The notes beneath the pieces are model-generated. The model worked only from the letters and a program-made list of their open reading frames with translations, searched no databases and was not told the origin of the DNA. A stretch of 63,804 nucleotides of DNA, counting the filler, from Octopus bimaculoides (taxonomy: Eukaryota), in NCBI RefSeq assembly GCF_001194135.2. It is 7 parts of 7 records of this genome, joined end to end, with 100 filler letters (N's around TTAATTAATTAA, not from the genome) between each part and the next. Parts side by side here need not be neighbours in the genome. Positions count along the whole stretch, not along the records: positions 49,854 to 57,681 come from NC_069002.1; positions 57,782 to 62,007 come from NC_068983.1; positions 62,108 to 63,804 come from NC_068989.1; 4 more parts are not named here. One strand, 5' to 3'. Below, piece by piece: positions 53,504-63,804 of the stretch (positions are counted from its first letter, which is position 1; the number at the start of each line of letters is the position of its first letter). The position numbers and the translations under genes are program-made.

Positions 53504-53546
53504 TCCAGAGACATGTTTCTGAGTCTTTGCTCATCATCAGTCTGAA
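53504..53546 (-). ncRNA. Minimal type I hammerhead ribozyme motif (complete core)
   Basis: Minus strand: UUCAGA CUGAUGA UGAG-caaaga-CUCA GAAA CAUG UC UCUGGA. It has a 6-bp stem I (one G.U), an intact core, a 4-bp stem II, a palindromic CAUG stem III and a GUC cleavage triplet. Confidence 0.7.
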
Positions 53547-53690
53547 GTAGCATGACCTGCTAGTCGAAGATGCCTGTCAACTCATGTAAACACATAATAA
53601 TTCTAGTGAAATACATTCACTGATTTCACTAGAATAATTATATGTTTACAAGAGCTTGACAGGCATCTCCAACTAGCAGGCCATTGCTAC

Positions 53691-53733
53691 TCCAGACCGA
53701 TGACGAGCAAAGACTCAGAAACATGTCTCTGGA
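53691..53733 (+). ncRNA. Mirror hammerhead motif in the right arm (core mutated)
   Basis: UCCAGA CCGAUGA CGAG-caaaga-CUCA GAAA CAUG UC UCUGGA. Stem I is perfect, but U4 is changed to C and stem II has a C-A mismatch. Confidence 0.55.
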
Positions 53734-54145
53734 TGCAGGCTTAGCTGGGTGGAGGTGCTTGTCTCCCCCTTGTAAACATAAGGACACAGGAAATGTGTCA
53801 AGGCCGACAAGAAGCGGTGCAACTTCGTAGGTCTAACCAACAGTAGTATTATTCCCTTCGGGGTCTGTCACATTAAGTTGACAACATACAACTACTTTAA
53901 AGCGAACTTATTTGATCATACGCATCTCTATACAGCCCTCCGTCATTTGTACGGCCCACTCTGTACACCACTACTACCACCTTTCTGCCACCACCACCAC
54001 AATCACAACCACCATTAGCCTTGACTAGAAACACTACCACCAGCAGCAGCATCACCATACTAATGTAACCATTAGCATTATAACTATAGCTATTTTAACC
54101 ATCACAACTACCAAAATTCCCATCAACAGTGCTTCAAACACCACC

Positions 54146-54229
54146 CAACCACCATACTGCAACCACCATACTGCAACCACCATACTGCAACCACCATACT
54201 GCAACCACCATACTGCAACCACCATACTG
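54146..54229. repeat. 14-bp minisatellite (caaccaccatactg) x6
   Basis: Six perfect tandem units are visible before a (CCA)n tract and a gap. Confidence 0.95.
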
Positions 54230-55694
54230 CAACCACCACCACCANNNNNNNNNNNNNNNNNNNNNNNNNNNNNNNNNNNNNNNNNNNNNNNNNNNNNNNN
54301 NNNNNNNNNNNNNNNNNNNNNNNNNNNNNNNNNNNNNNNNNNNNNNNNNNNNNNNNNNNNNNNNNNNNNNNNNNNNNNNNNNNNCCGCCGCCGCCGCCGC
54401 CACCACCGCCGCCGCCGCCGCCACCACCACCGCCATCACTGCTGCCACCGCCGCTGCCACTGCCACCGCCGTCGCATCACCCCACCACCACCACCACCAC
54501 CTCAGAGTTACCTCTAACCATATTACAGCCATATCTGTGACAAGTCAGTTTATTTAAGAGAAGCAACAAACACGTGATTAATGGTTTCACTTCCGGCATT
54601 TATCACTCTTCAGCTGGTCTTTAATGGCATGCTGGAGAAAGTAACGTCTTGGTGGAAGCCATCTTGAATAAGCTTTGTGAGCGACTGGGATGCAGTGTTT
54701 AACCGTCTGTGAACGTACATGGTCAAAACAACAGCACAGAACAGCAAGACTATCCAGACATAATCACGTGACAGATTTATTGTCGCTTCCAATGCAATTT
54801 CACAAAACCACCACCATTTCTCATGAAACAACTCATCATTGTTAGTTCTAAACTTTCTCCTCTCCTTCAGAACCACCATCATCTCCACTTACACAAACAC
54901 TTACACAAACTTCTGTATAACCACGCATAAACACATGCTAAGCGCACATGCATGTACTCACACAAACACCCACACTCACACACATTTATACATATATACT
55001 CCCACATACTCATAATCACGTACACATTGACAGACATATATACACATATTCACATAGACATTCCAACAAATATAACGCATACACTTGCTGGTAAACATTT
55101 ACTCACACAAACACTGTTATAGACTCATCTCTTCTACTCACCCACACACACATACCGACTAGTTATCTGCGTCTCGCGCGCGCGTGCGTGTGTGAGTGTG
55201 TGTGCGTGTGTGCATATGCGTATGAGTATGAGAGTGTGTAATACAACGGTGTCTGGTTCGCTTTGTAACTTAGCAGCGTGATGAAAAAATCGCTAAAATA
55301 AGTGGCGGACATGAGAAATAAGAATTGGGTCTATCTGATCGCCTACAACCCTTAAAGCGTGAGCCCCAGCATGGCCACACTCTAGTAACTAAAACTAGTA
55401 AAACAGTAAAAGAATATATACCTGCTGTGATGTGTGTATATACACGCACAGACATAATGATTTCGCTTAGGCGTAGCAATACTAATAACCAATTGCCAGA
55501 ACTCGATATAATTATGCTTTAGAGTAAAGTATTAGGAGAGTAGAGAGTGTTATATTAATAAATAAATGACAAAAGAACAGGAATTATGTAATCCCCTCCA
55601 TTAGCTTACAACAGTTTCCGCAATAAGAAACAATGCACTCAGAGACGATGCTCGACGAATATTACGCATATACAACCCCCTCCCCGCTCGATGA

Positions 55695-55738
<44 letters not shown>

Positions 55739-55808
55739 NNNNNNNNNNNNNNNNNNNNNNNNNNNNNNNNNNNNNNNNNNNNNNNNNNNNNNNNNNNNNN
55801 NNNNNNNN

Positions 55809-55849
<41 letters not shown>

Positions 55850-56631
55850 ACATAATCAGTTGGTATTAGTCTACAATTTTGAAGAAAGTTTCTGTCTCCA
55901 GTTAGATACAAAGAAAGGTTCATTTAGATACAATTTCCTTTTTCACAAATCATCTCACTTCATTTATTTTGTACTGTTAGTTGGAATTACATCAATAGTA
56001 ATTACGAATATACATAACATGTATCTGCATAGACACCCATGACTCAAACAGAGATCTCATATATTTAGATCAGATTCACCAAATACGGGACGAGTAGTTT
56101 GAAACGGGTGTATAGTTCACATCAAGATTAGGCCTACCTACCTACCTACCTACCTACCTACCTACCTACCTACCTACCTACCTACCCACCTACCTACCTA
56201 CATACAGGCCGACGCAGTTCTATTTTTACGGCGGTGCACCAGCATGACCGCAGCCACTTGGCTGAAACACATAAATAAATAAATAAATAAATAAATACAT
56301 ACATACATACATACATACATACATACATACACGCACATACTAGGATCGAAGAATGAGAATGAGTGCTCAACATAGCATTTGGTGGATTGGTGGATAAATA
56401 TGTTTTATTTGTTGATTAACAAAACAACTTATGGTTTCATATAGAAAAGATTTGCACAATTTTCAAGCGAGTCATTTGGGAATGTTGGTAATCGTTTCCA
56501 TTCTGGATGAGGATACACAAGCTTACTTGAGGTTATGCAAGACTTCCTAATAAATACGCAGATCAGGAGAAGTATACATATAGATATCACGTAATATCTA
56601 TATAAACACACACACACACACGCAGCATGTA

Positions 56632-56859
56632 TTGGGTTGTCCGGAAAGTTCGTGACGATTTTTAAAGGAAAGAAAAAGGTCAATAAATACTTGCCATTAC
56701 ATTTTTAATCAACCAAATATGAAGCATTTTGTTGCACAATGCGTCTCCATCTTTCCTTTAACTTGAAAATACCCTCTTCCCAGAATTGAGGTGGTTTCAT
56801 GGCAAATAAGTCGAAAGGTAAGCTACTATAAATTGGCACGAACTTTCCGGACAACCCAA
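56632..56859. mobile_element. Internally deleted mariner derivative (MITE) with TIRs and TA target duplication
   Basis: TA ttgggttgtccggaaagttcgtg...cacgaactttccggacaacccaa TA. The minus strand retains a transposase C-terminus, PPQFWEEGIFKLKERWRRIVQQNASYLVD*. Confidence 0.9.
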
Positions 56860-57605
56860 TACATAGAATGAATTATGCGATTTCCCAGCTTTCAGATGCA
56901 CAGACGCAAAATATTCCACATGCATACATTTTTGTGAATTGTGTGAGTGTGTATTATGCTTATGTCTGTGAATGATTTCCATGGGGCATATGTCTAATAT
57001 AACCGATATTTACCCAAGTTGGAAAGGTGGCAAGGAGGGTGGAGTATGAATTGAATTCGAAGTATGTATTATTGCTTGTGCATGCAAGGGATCGTTTCTT
57101 TCCTAATATTTAAAAAGTTCACTGCTGATGTTATATTTAATTTTTCTGTACAACAGAGGTCGCATTTGATGTGTCGTCATCTTAGTTATGTCCAAATTTA
57201 ACAGAGGCATGTCCACGTTCCTCGTTTTAATGTTCTCTTGAAGTCTGTGATATATATATGTCGGTGAAAATGGTTGCACTAGGTGCGCGGCAGCAATATT
57301 TCCTCTCTGGTTGTGGATCTTAACAATATTCACGTTAATCTCCCTCTGCTGCGTGACCCGGTAAGTTTCTATGCAACCAATACAGGGCTATTACGTAATA
57401 AAGAAAGGGAGAGAGGGAGAGGGAGAGAGGGGAGGGGAGAGAAACATACACGCAAACATTTGTTATTTATATATTTAAGTAGAGTATCTGATTTAATTTT
57501 ATAAGGAAAAGGTTGACTGTAACTTCAAAGTATCCCCTGGTCATTGGCTTCATTAGAAAGTTTGACAAAGTCAATCAGCGGCAACACTTCGAAGTCGTTG
57601 TCAAT

Positions 57606-57659
<54 letters not shown>

Positions 57660-57781
57660 AGAAAATCCGTCTAATCAGTTTNNNNNNNNNNNNNNNNNNN
57701 NNNNNNNNNNNNNNNNNNNNNNNNNTTAATTAATTAANNNNNNNNNNNNNNNNNNNNNNNNNNNNNNNNNNNNNNNNNNNN

Positions 57782-57843
<62 letters not shown>

Positions 57844-58299
57844 ATATACGGAGGTGTAATTGTCAGGTAAGTAATTTGATCTGAGACCGTATGTTGAAAC
57901 TAAAACGTGTGCAGAATGGAAGACAATAGTCAAATTAACCAATGAGCCATTCAGAAACACACAAAGATTGTTTCTGTCTGTTAAACAGTCATTATTTGTT
58001 ATGTGGTATCAAAATTTTCATCTCTTGAACTGCGACCTGGTCAACGTTGTCAGTACCAGGTCAACAAAAATTTTGACACCATCCCCAAAATAGTAAGTTT
58101 AAATGAAGTTAAAAGTCTTAAGTGTTTCTGAATGTCTAACATATGTCTTCAACACTAATATGTGTGTATGTGTGTATTTGTGTGTGTGTATGCGTGTGTG
58201 TGTGTATGTATGTATGTGTGTGTGTAATATATATATATATATACGCACATGTGTATATGCAGTAGACTGACTGCTTTAGCAGGATTTTTTGCGTTTAGA

Positions 58300-59960
58300 A
58301 TATTGGTTTTTGTTACGAATTTAGATATTTGAATCATGTTTATTTCTTTTCAAGACATTTTGCGGTAACTATCAGGTAATTGAATAAATCGCAATGATTT
58401 CATGTTTATCTTATTGATAGACGATCTCATTTATCTTAACTATTTCTAATTTTAGAGCAGTACCTATGTCTTGCAAAATTGGTAACTGAGGCAAAATGAG
58501 TAATTTCTGATTTCTCGTCATTCTTTCCCCACCTGCTTAAAACCATTACATTATAAGTATTGCATCATCATTTTGTACTGTTGCATCATCTTTGAAAGTA
58601 AAAATTGGTCAGCATAGTTCTTATTGTTGAAGTTGAGAGAGTTTGAAACGCAGTCAGGTGACTGGTACTTTTTCAAGAAATTTTTCTCAACTTTGATCCG
58701 AGTGGAATTGAAATTGCTAATAAAAAATCTTAATAATTTTTTGTGTTTAGTAATCAATATTCTTTTCTCTGTTGGATTCCAAGTCAATTTTTCCCCACAC
58801 TAATGTCTAATTTGATAATTTTCAATTATCAGAAAATGATTTCTAAATCGAGGCAGAATGAATAATGCCTAATTTCGATAATTTCTTCTCTCTAAATGCA
58901 CGGTGCATAGATATATCCGGAAGAGAACCACTTCAGCAGATCTTGAAGAAGCTAAAGAGAATATTTTATGTTGGGTTTTTAGATTTAGTCAAGTTTCGTT
59001 AATTTCATATAATTTTTCCACGATCCTATTTCATTTAACCTAGATATTTAAAAAGTTTTTGCTGAATTTCTGATGTATAAGGATGGATATTAATGTGTAT
59101 GAGACTGTTTTCAAATGTAATTCTGGTGAATTGAAGAAGCAAATTTACCTTATCTTGTCATACTCATTTTCTCCATCTAAATTTGCTTTTTATATGCTCA
59201 AAGAGAACGGATATAATTTTTCTGAAATAGTATTCTGAATATGCAGTAGTGCTTTTCATGCGTTTAGGGAAGGTCATTTGCTTAGCTGGTATAGTTTTCG
59301 TAAAGTTGTAAACATTTATGAAAAATAATTTTTTTCATAGTCAAACATGCACCCCACCTCACATGGGGCTATGTTATTCGTGTATGTAGGACTTTGTAAA
59401 CTAGCGTGTAAGTGTTTCTCTTTTGTTAGGTAGGCACAAGGTGTTACAGTATTTTTTTGCTTTTGGTATTATTGGATTTAATTCTTTTGCTTTGACAATA
59501 TAAAGTTGAAAGATACAATGTTCAGTATTTAAACTCTTAGTAATTGAGTGCTTCAACTTTTTTCTTACAAAAGTATGTTAATAGGTGGTAAGTTTATCCA
59601 GAACAGAATCTGAAGAAATTTTATAAACAAGCAGCAAGCTAACTCATTTCTTTAGTTAATGTTTTGTTATTTTGGGTATTTCTTGTTTTTGGGTATTTAT
59701 TGCAAGGTGGGGGTTATTAGTCAGGCATGTCATAGTTTTGTTAATAGAGAAAATCGTTTATCTGTTGCTTTGATGTTCACTTTGGATAAAAGTTGTATGT
59801 CTATATGTTTCTCTCTAGGTGTTCATTGGTGTAACAATTTGGTGTTCTCTAGGTGTAACAATTTGGTTAGTAAAAAAGGATTTAAACCTTTGTATTTTAT
59901 GGAGGCAGAGTTGGCTTGATCCTTGTTTATGAAATTTCTTCAGATTCTGTTCTGGATATA
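58300..59960 (-). mobile_element. Heavily degraded Penelope-like element remnant (tentative)
   Basis: Fragmentary translations resemble the PLE RT (YTNNIAPCEVG ~ LYTNIPHE.G) and the GIY-YIG tail (SLNFNNKNYADQFLLSK ~ SFNN..Y.N.T.LSK). Many stops; similarity judged by eye only. Confidence 0.35.
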
Positions 59961-60089
59961 TGCTAAAATGCGGTTGATATGGGTGTGCATATATTCCTGT
60001 ATAAAAATAGGAACAAAAATAAAATAAAATATCTAATTAATATAATCTAATCTAATATATATGTATATAGTGAGAATTTACAAAAAAAA

Positions 60090-60241
60090 AAAGCCCAACA
60101 AAAATAAAAGACGAAGACGGGTGTGTAAACAACAAATACATGTATTACTTTAACGCTCGGGAAGTGAGAAAGTCTTTTACGTTTCGAGCCTACGCTCTTC
60201 GACAGAAAAGAACATAGAAACAAACAGGGACAGAAAGTAAA

Positions 60242-60245
<4 letters not shown>
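60090..60245 (-). mobile_element. Short dispersed repeat with hammerhead-like motif at 60172-60210
   Basis: Minus strand tcttttCTGTCGA a GAGC gtag GCTC GAAA CG TA aaagac; same family as 52208-52400. Confidence 0.7.
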
Positions 60246-60295
<50 letters not shown>

Positions 60296-60879
60296 ATGTG
60301 TGTGTGTGTCTGTGTGTGTCTGTGCGTCTGTGTGTTTATTAATGCAATTATTTCTATAGAAGCATACAACTATTTTCATATGCAAAAGCTAAATTCCTTT
60401 GCCTACTTTCAGCTGTTATGGCAGGTTTATCGAAACCAGCTATTTGTTGGTTTTGAATATTCATATCGGAAACATATTTATAGTTTACATGATGCTTTAC
60501 AGGCATTATCAGGTAATAGAATAAGTCTTCGAGACTTCAAATAAATCTTATTGGTGGTCGAGTAAACCATTAATCTTAACTTTATTTCGCTTTTGGACAC
60601 TCATCTACGACTTCTAAAGTATGCTGAAGCTATTGAAATGTTTATTATAGATGGACAAAATTCTTCCTGCACCCCCGCTTTGTCCCGTACGCTATGTATG
60701 TATGTATGTATGTATGTATGTATGTATGTATGTATGTATGTATGTATGTATGTATACACACACATATATAATACATAGATATACATAATTATATATATAT
60801 GTACATAAATACATGTGTTACATATTAGGTATAATCGTATGTACAATATTGAGTGCTTACGTCTATAAATATGTATGTA

Positions 60880-60935
<56 letters not shown>

Positions 60936-61905
60936 CATCCANNNNNNNNNNNNNNNNNNNNNNNNNNNNNNNNNNNNNNNNNNNNNNNNNNNNNNNNNNN
61001 NNNNNNNNNNNNNNNNNNNNNNNNNNNNNNNNNNNNNNNNNNNNNNNNNNNNNNNNNNNNNNNNNNNNNNNNNNNNNNNNNNNNNNNNNNNNNNNNNNNN
61101 NNNNNNNNNNNNNNNNNNNNNNNNNNNNNNNNNNNNNNNNNNNNNNNNNNNNNNNNNNNNNNNNNNNNNNNNNNNNNNNNNNNNNNNNNNNNNNNNNNNN
61201 NNNNNNNNNNNNNNNNNNNNNNNNNNNNNNNNNNNNNNNNNNNNNNNNNNNNNNNNNNNNNNNNNNNNNNNNNNNNNNNNNNNNNNNNNNNNNNNNNNNN
61301 NNNNNNNNNNNNNNNNNNNNNNNNNNNNNNNNNNNNNNNNNNNNNNNNNNNNNNNNNNNNNNNNNNNNNNNNNNNNNNNNNNNNNNNNNNNNNNNNNNNN
61401 NNNNNNNNNNNNNNNNNNNNNNNNNNNNNNNNNNNNNNNNNNNNNNNNNNNNNNNNNNNNNNNNNNNNNNNNNNNNNNNNNNNNNNNNNNNNNNNNNNNN
61501 NNNNNNNNNNNNNNNNNNNNNNNNNNNNNNNNNNNNNNNNNNNNNNNNNNNNNNNNNNNNNNNNNNNNNNNNNNNNNNNNNNNNNNNNNNNNNNNNNNNN
61601 NNNNNCGTTTATATATATACACCTGGATACAGATGTGATATAGATATGTACTTGTTTAATACATGAGTATACATATATTGATGTAACCATGATGTTATTG
61701 AGATATGATGAGTTAACTCTCTTTATTTGTATCAATTTGTGAATATACAATTGTATTGTGTAATGCCGAGCATACATATTAATGTAAATATCTATTATAA
61801 TCTTGCTTATCGTAATTAATAGAAGTAGATGAAGAAGGTTACGAGACAGCTCGAATCATTAAGGCTTTGAGAGTGACACGAAAAGATATATCTATACTCA
61901 TATAC

Positions 61906-61940
<35 letters not shown>

Positions 61941-62173
61941 CTTACACACACACATATATCTATGTATGTATGTATGTATGTATGTATGTATGTATGTATG
62001 TATGTATNNNNNNNNNNNNNNNNNNNNNNNNNNNNNNNNNNNNNNNNNNNNTTAATTAATTAANNNNNNNNNNNNNNNNNNNNNNNNNNNNNNNNNNNNN
62101 NNNNNNNATATGTGTGTGTGTGTATGTATGCATGTATATGTATTGAAAGTTCTCTCTCCCTCTCTCTCTGTAT

Positions 62174-62225
<52 letters not shown>

Positions 62226-62459
62226 GCGTGTATATCTATTTAATTATTTATTCGTATCTGCTTACGGAAGCATATTTCCACAGGAATATGCTTCATGTAT
62301 ATGCATTTATTGGGGCTCGTATCTATACATTTGCAGGTACATTTATGCATACGTGTATATCTGTATATATAAATGGCCTTGTTAGACATGTGTTAAGATA
62401 CTGCGATAAATAATAATAGCATCTATATCAATCCAACCTCTAATGTGTGAGAGAGAAAG

Positions 62460-62487
62460 AACAAAAGAGAGAGAGAGAAAGAGAGAG

Positions 62488-62568
<81 letters not shown>
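62460..62568. repeat. (AG)n microsatellite
   Basis: Directly visible. Confidence 0.95.
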
Positions 62569-62571
<3 letters not shown>

Positions 62572-63804
62572 GAATTATTAGGTTGACAATTGTAATGTGT
62601 TTGTGTGCGTGCGTTCGTGCGAACGCATGCGCACTCCTAGATGGATGTGGGTATGGGCAAGTGCTATATTGAGCAAATAACTCAACCGTACCCAAGGACC
62701 GACCCAAGCCTCATGAATAGAATTGAAATGATGGAAACTGTGTAGAAGTCCTTTGAGATAGACTTTACGTGTAATTCAAGAGATCAGACTGATTCTGTTT
62801 GAGAATATGTTAGTCTGTAAAATGCTGAATCCCATAGCACCGCCAAAACAGCAAGTTATCCATTCAGTTGAACGAACAACTGAACTCTAATTTGTAGAAA
62901 ACGAAAGAAGAGTTCATCGCCATGAATATACAGACACACAGACGCGCGCTTGTGTATATATTTCTACCTATATATAAATACATACACACATGTAAAGAAT
63001 AGATATGTATACAAACATATACGTCCATTATTATTTCTAACTGCTTATATCTGTGTCAGTCCTTTCTCCCACTCCCAATGTTTATGAACATCTGACTACC
63101 CCCACTTCTTGTTTATATCCATCTCTCACTTCTTCTCTCAAACTGTTGCGATCTTACACACTCGTTCTAATTCTTCTTATCCCATTATCTTTTCTATTCG
63201 TCTTTTTGTAAATGTCACCTCGACGATATGCTCTGGTACCCTGCTACCGTTAAATTTACCATTCTTTGTGATATCCCTACAGTGCCACTACCACTGACAC
63301 ACATAAAATGTGAAGCACTCGTAAATCTACGATGTTATTATCTATCCTGCAGTAGGGATAGACCTGTCCATACTCTACCCATTATACATTAATTTCTCAA
63401 AACACCGCATTGAGCGACTACTCCATCTTCTATTCTTCCACTCAGGCAAGGAGACTCTTTGGTCTGGTGCGTTCCAACACAACCTCACCAGTGCTGGTGT
63501 TACGAAGAAAGCATCCAGTACACTCTGGAAAGCAATTGGCGTTATGAAGTGTAACCAGCCGTAAAAAAAGAACATGCCAAAAGCGAGACATTACAGCAAG
63601 ACGTGGTTCTCCCACCCATTGAATCATCTCGAATTGTCCAACCCATGGAAAAACAAACTGAAAAATGATGATGATAAGATCTCCCCATGTGTCTGTTTCT
63701 CTCTCTTTCTATTTATCTACCACAATTTTTATATATGTTATATATGTATGTGTAGTGCGTGTATGTATGTATATAGATGAATATATATACATACGTACAT
63801 ATAT

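Larger units (their letters stand above)
53349..53887. repeat. ~540 bp fold-back palindrome (two ~265 bp inverted arms, ~10 nt loop)
   Basis: 53349-53612 is the reverse complement of 53623-53887, centred on attctagtgaaat acattcactg atttcactagaat. A 103-bp block (53430-53532 vs 53705-53807) is identical between arms. Confidence 0.95.

Overview
Eukaryotic, AT-rich, microsatellite-saturated genomic DNA with many N gaps. The SINE families, tRNA-like SINE heads and dense (AT/AC/TAA/GAT)n tracts point to an octopod cephalopod, probably Octopus (inference from pattern recognition, not from a search). Most long ORFs in the supplied track are artefacts of microsatellites and N runs. Recognisable coding DNA is almost all decayed transposon: R4/Dong-type restriction-like-endonuclease (REL) LINE fragments, Tx1/L1-type LINE fragments, RTE LINE fragments, a Tc1 and a mariner transposase, a Chapaev-like remnant and a probable Penelope-like remnant. 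I could not name any host gene. However, CpG decay in repeats between about 9.3 and 24.9 kb, next to a CpG-rich stretch at about 25.1-26.4 kb, suggests a hidden methylated gene body, and several isolated candidate exons have good splice signals. The most striking structure is a ~540 bp fold-back palindrome (53349-53887) whose arms each carry a minimal type I hammerhead ribozyme motif. Further hammerhead-like motifs sit in three other short repeat families. The TTAATTAATTAA strings inside N runs are assembly linkers.
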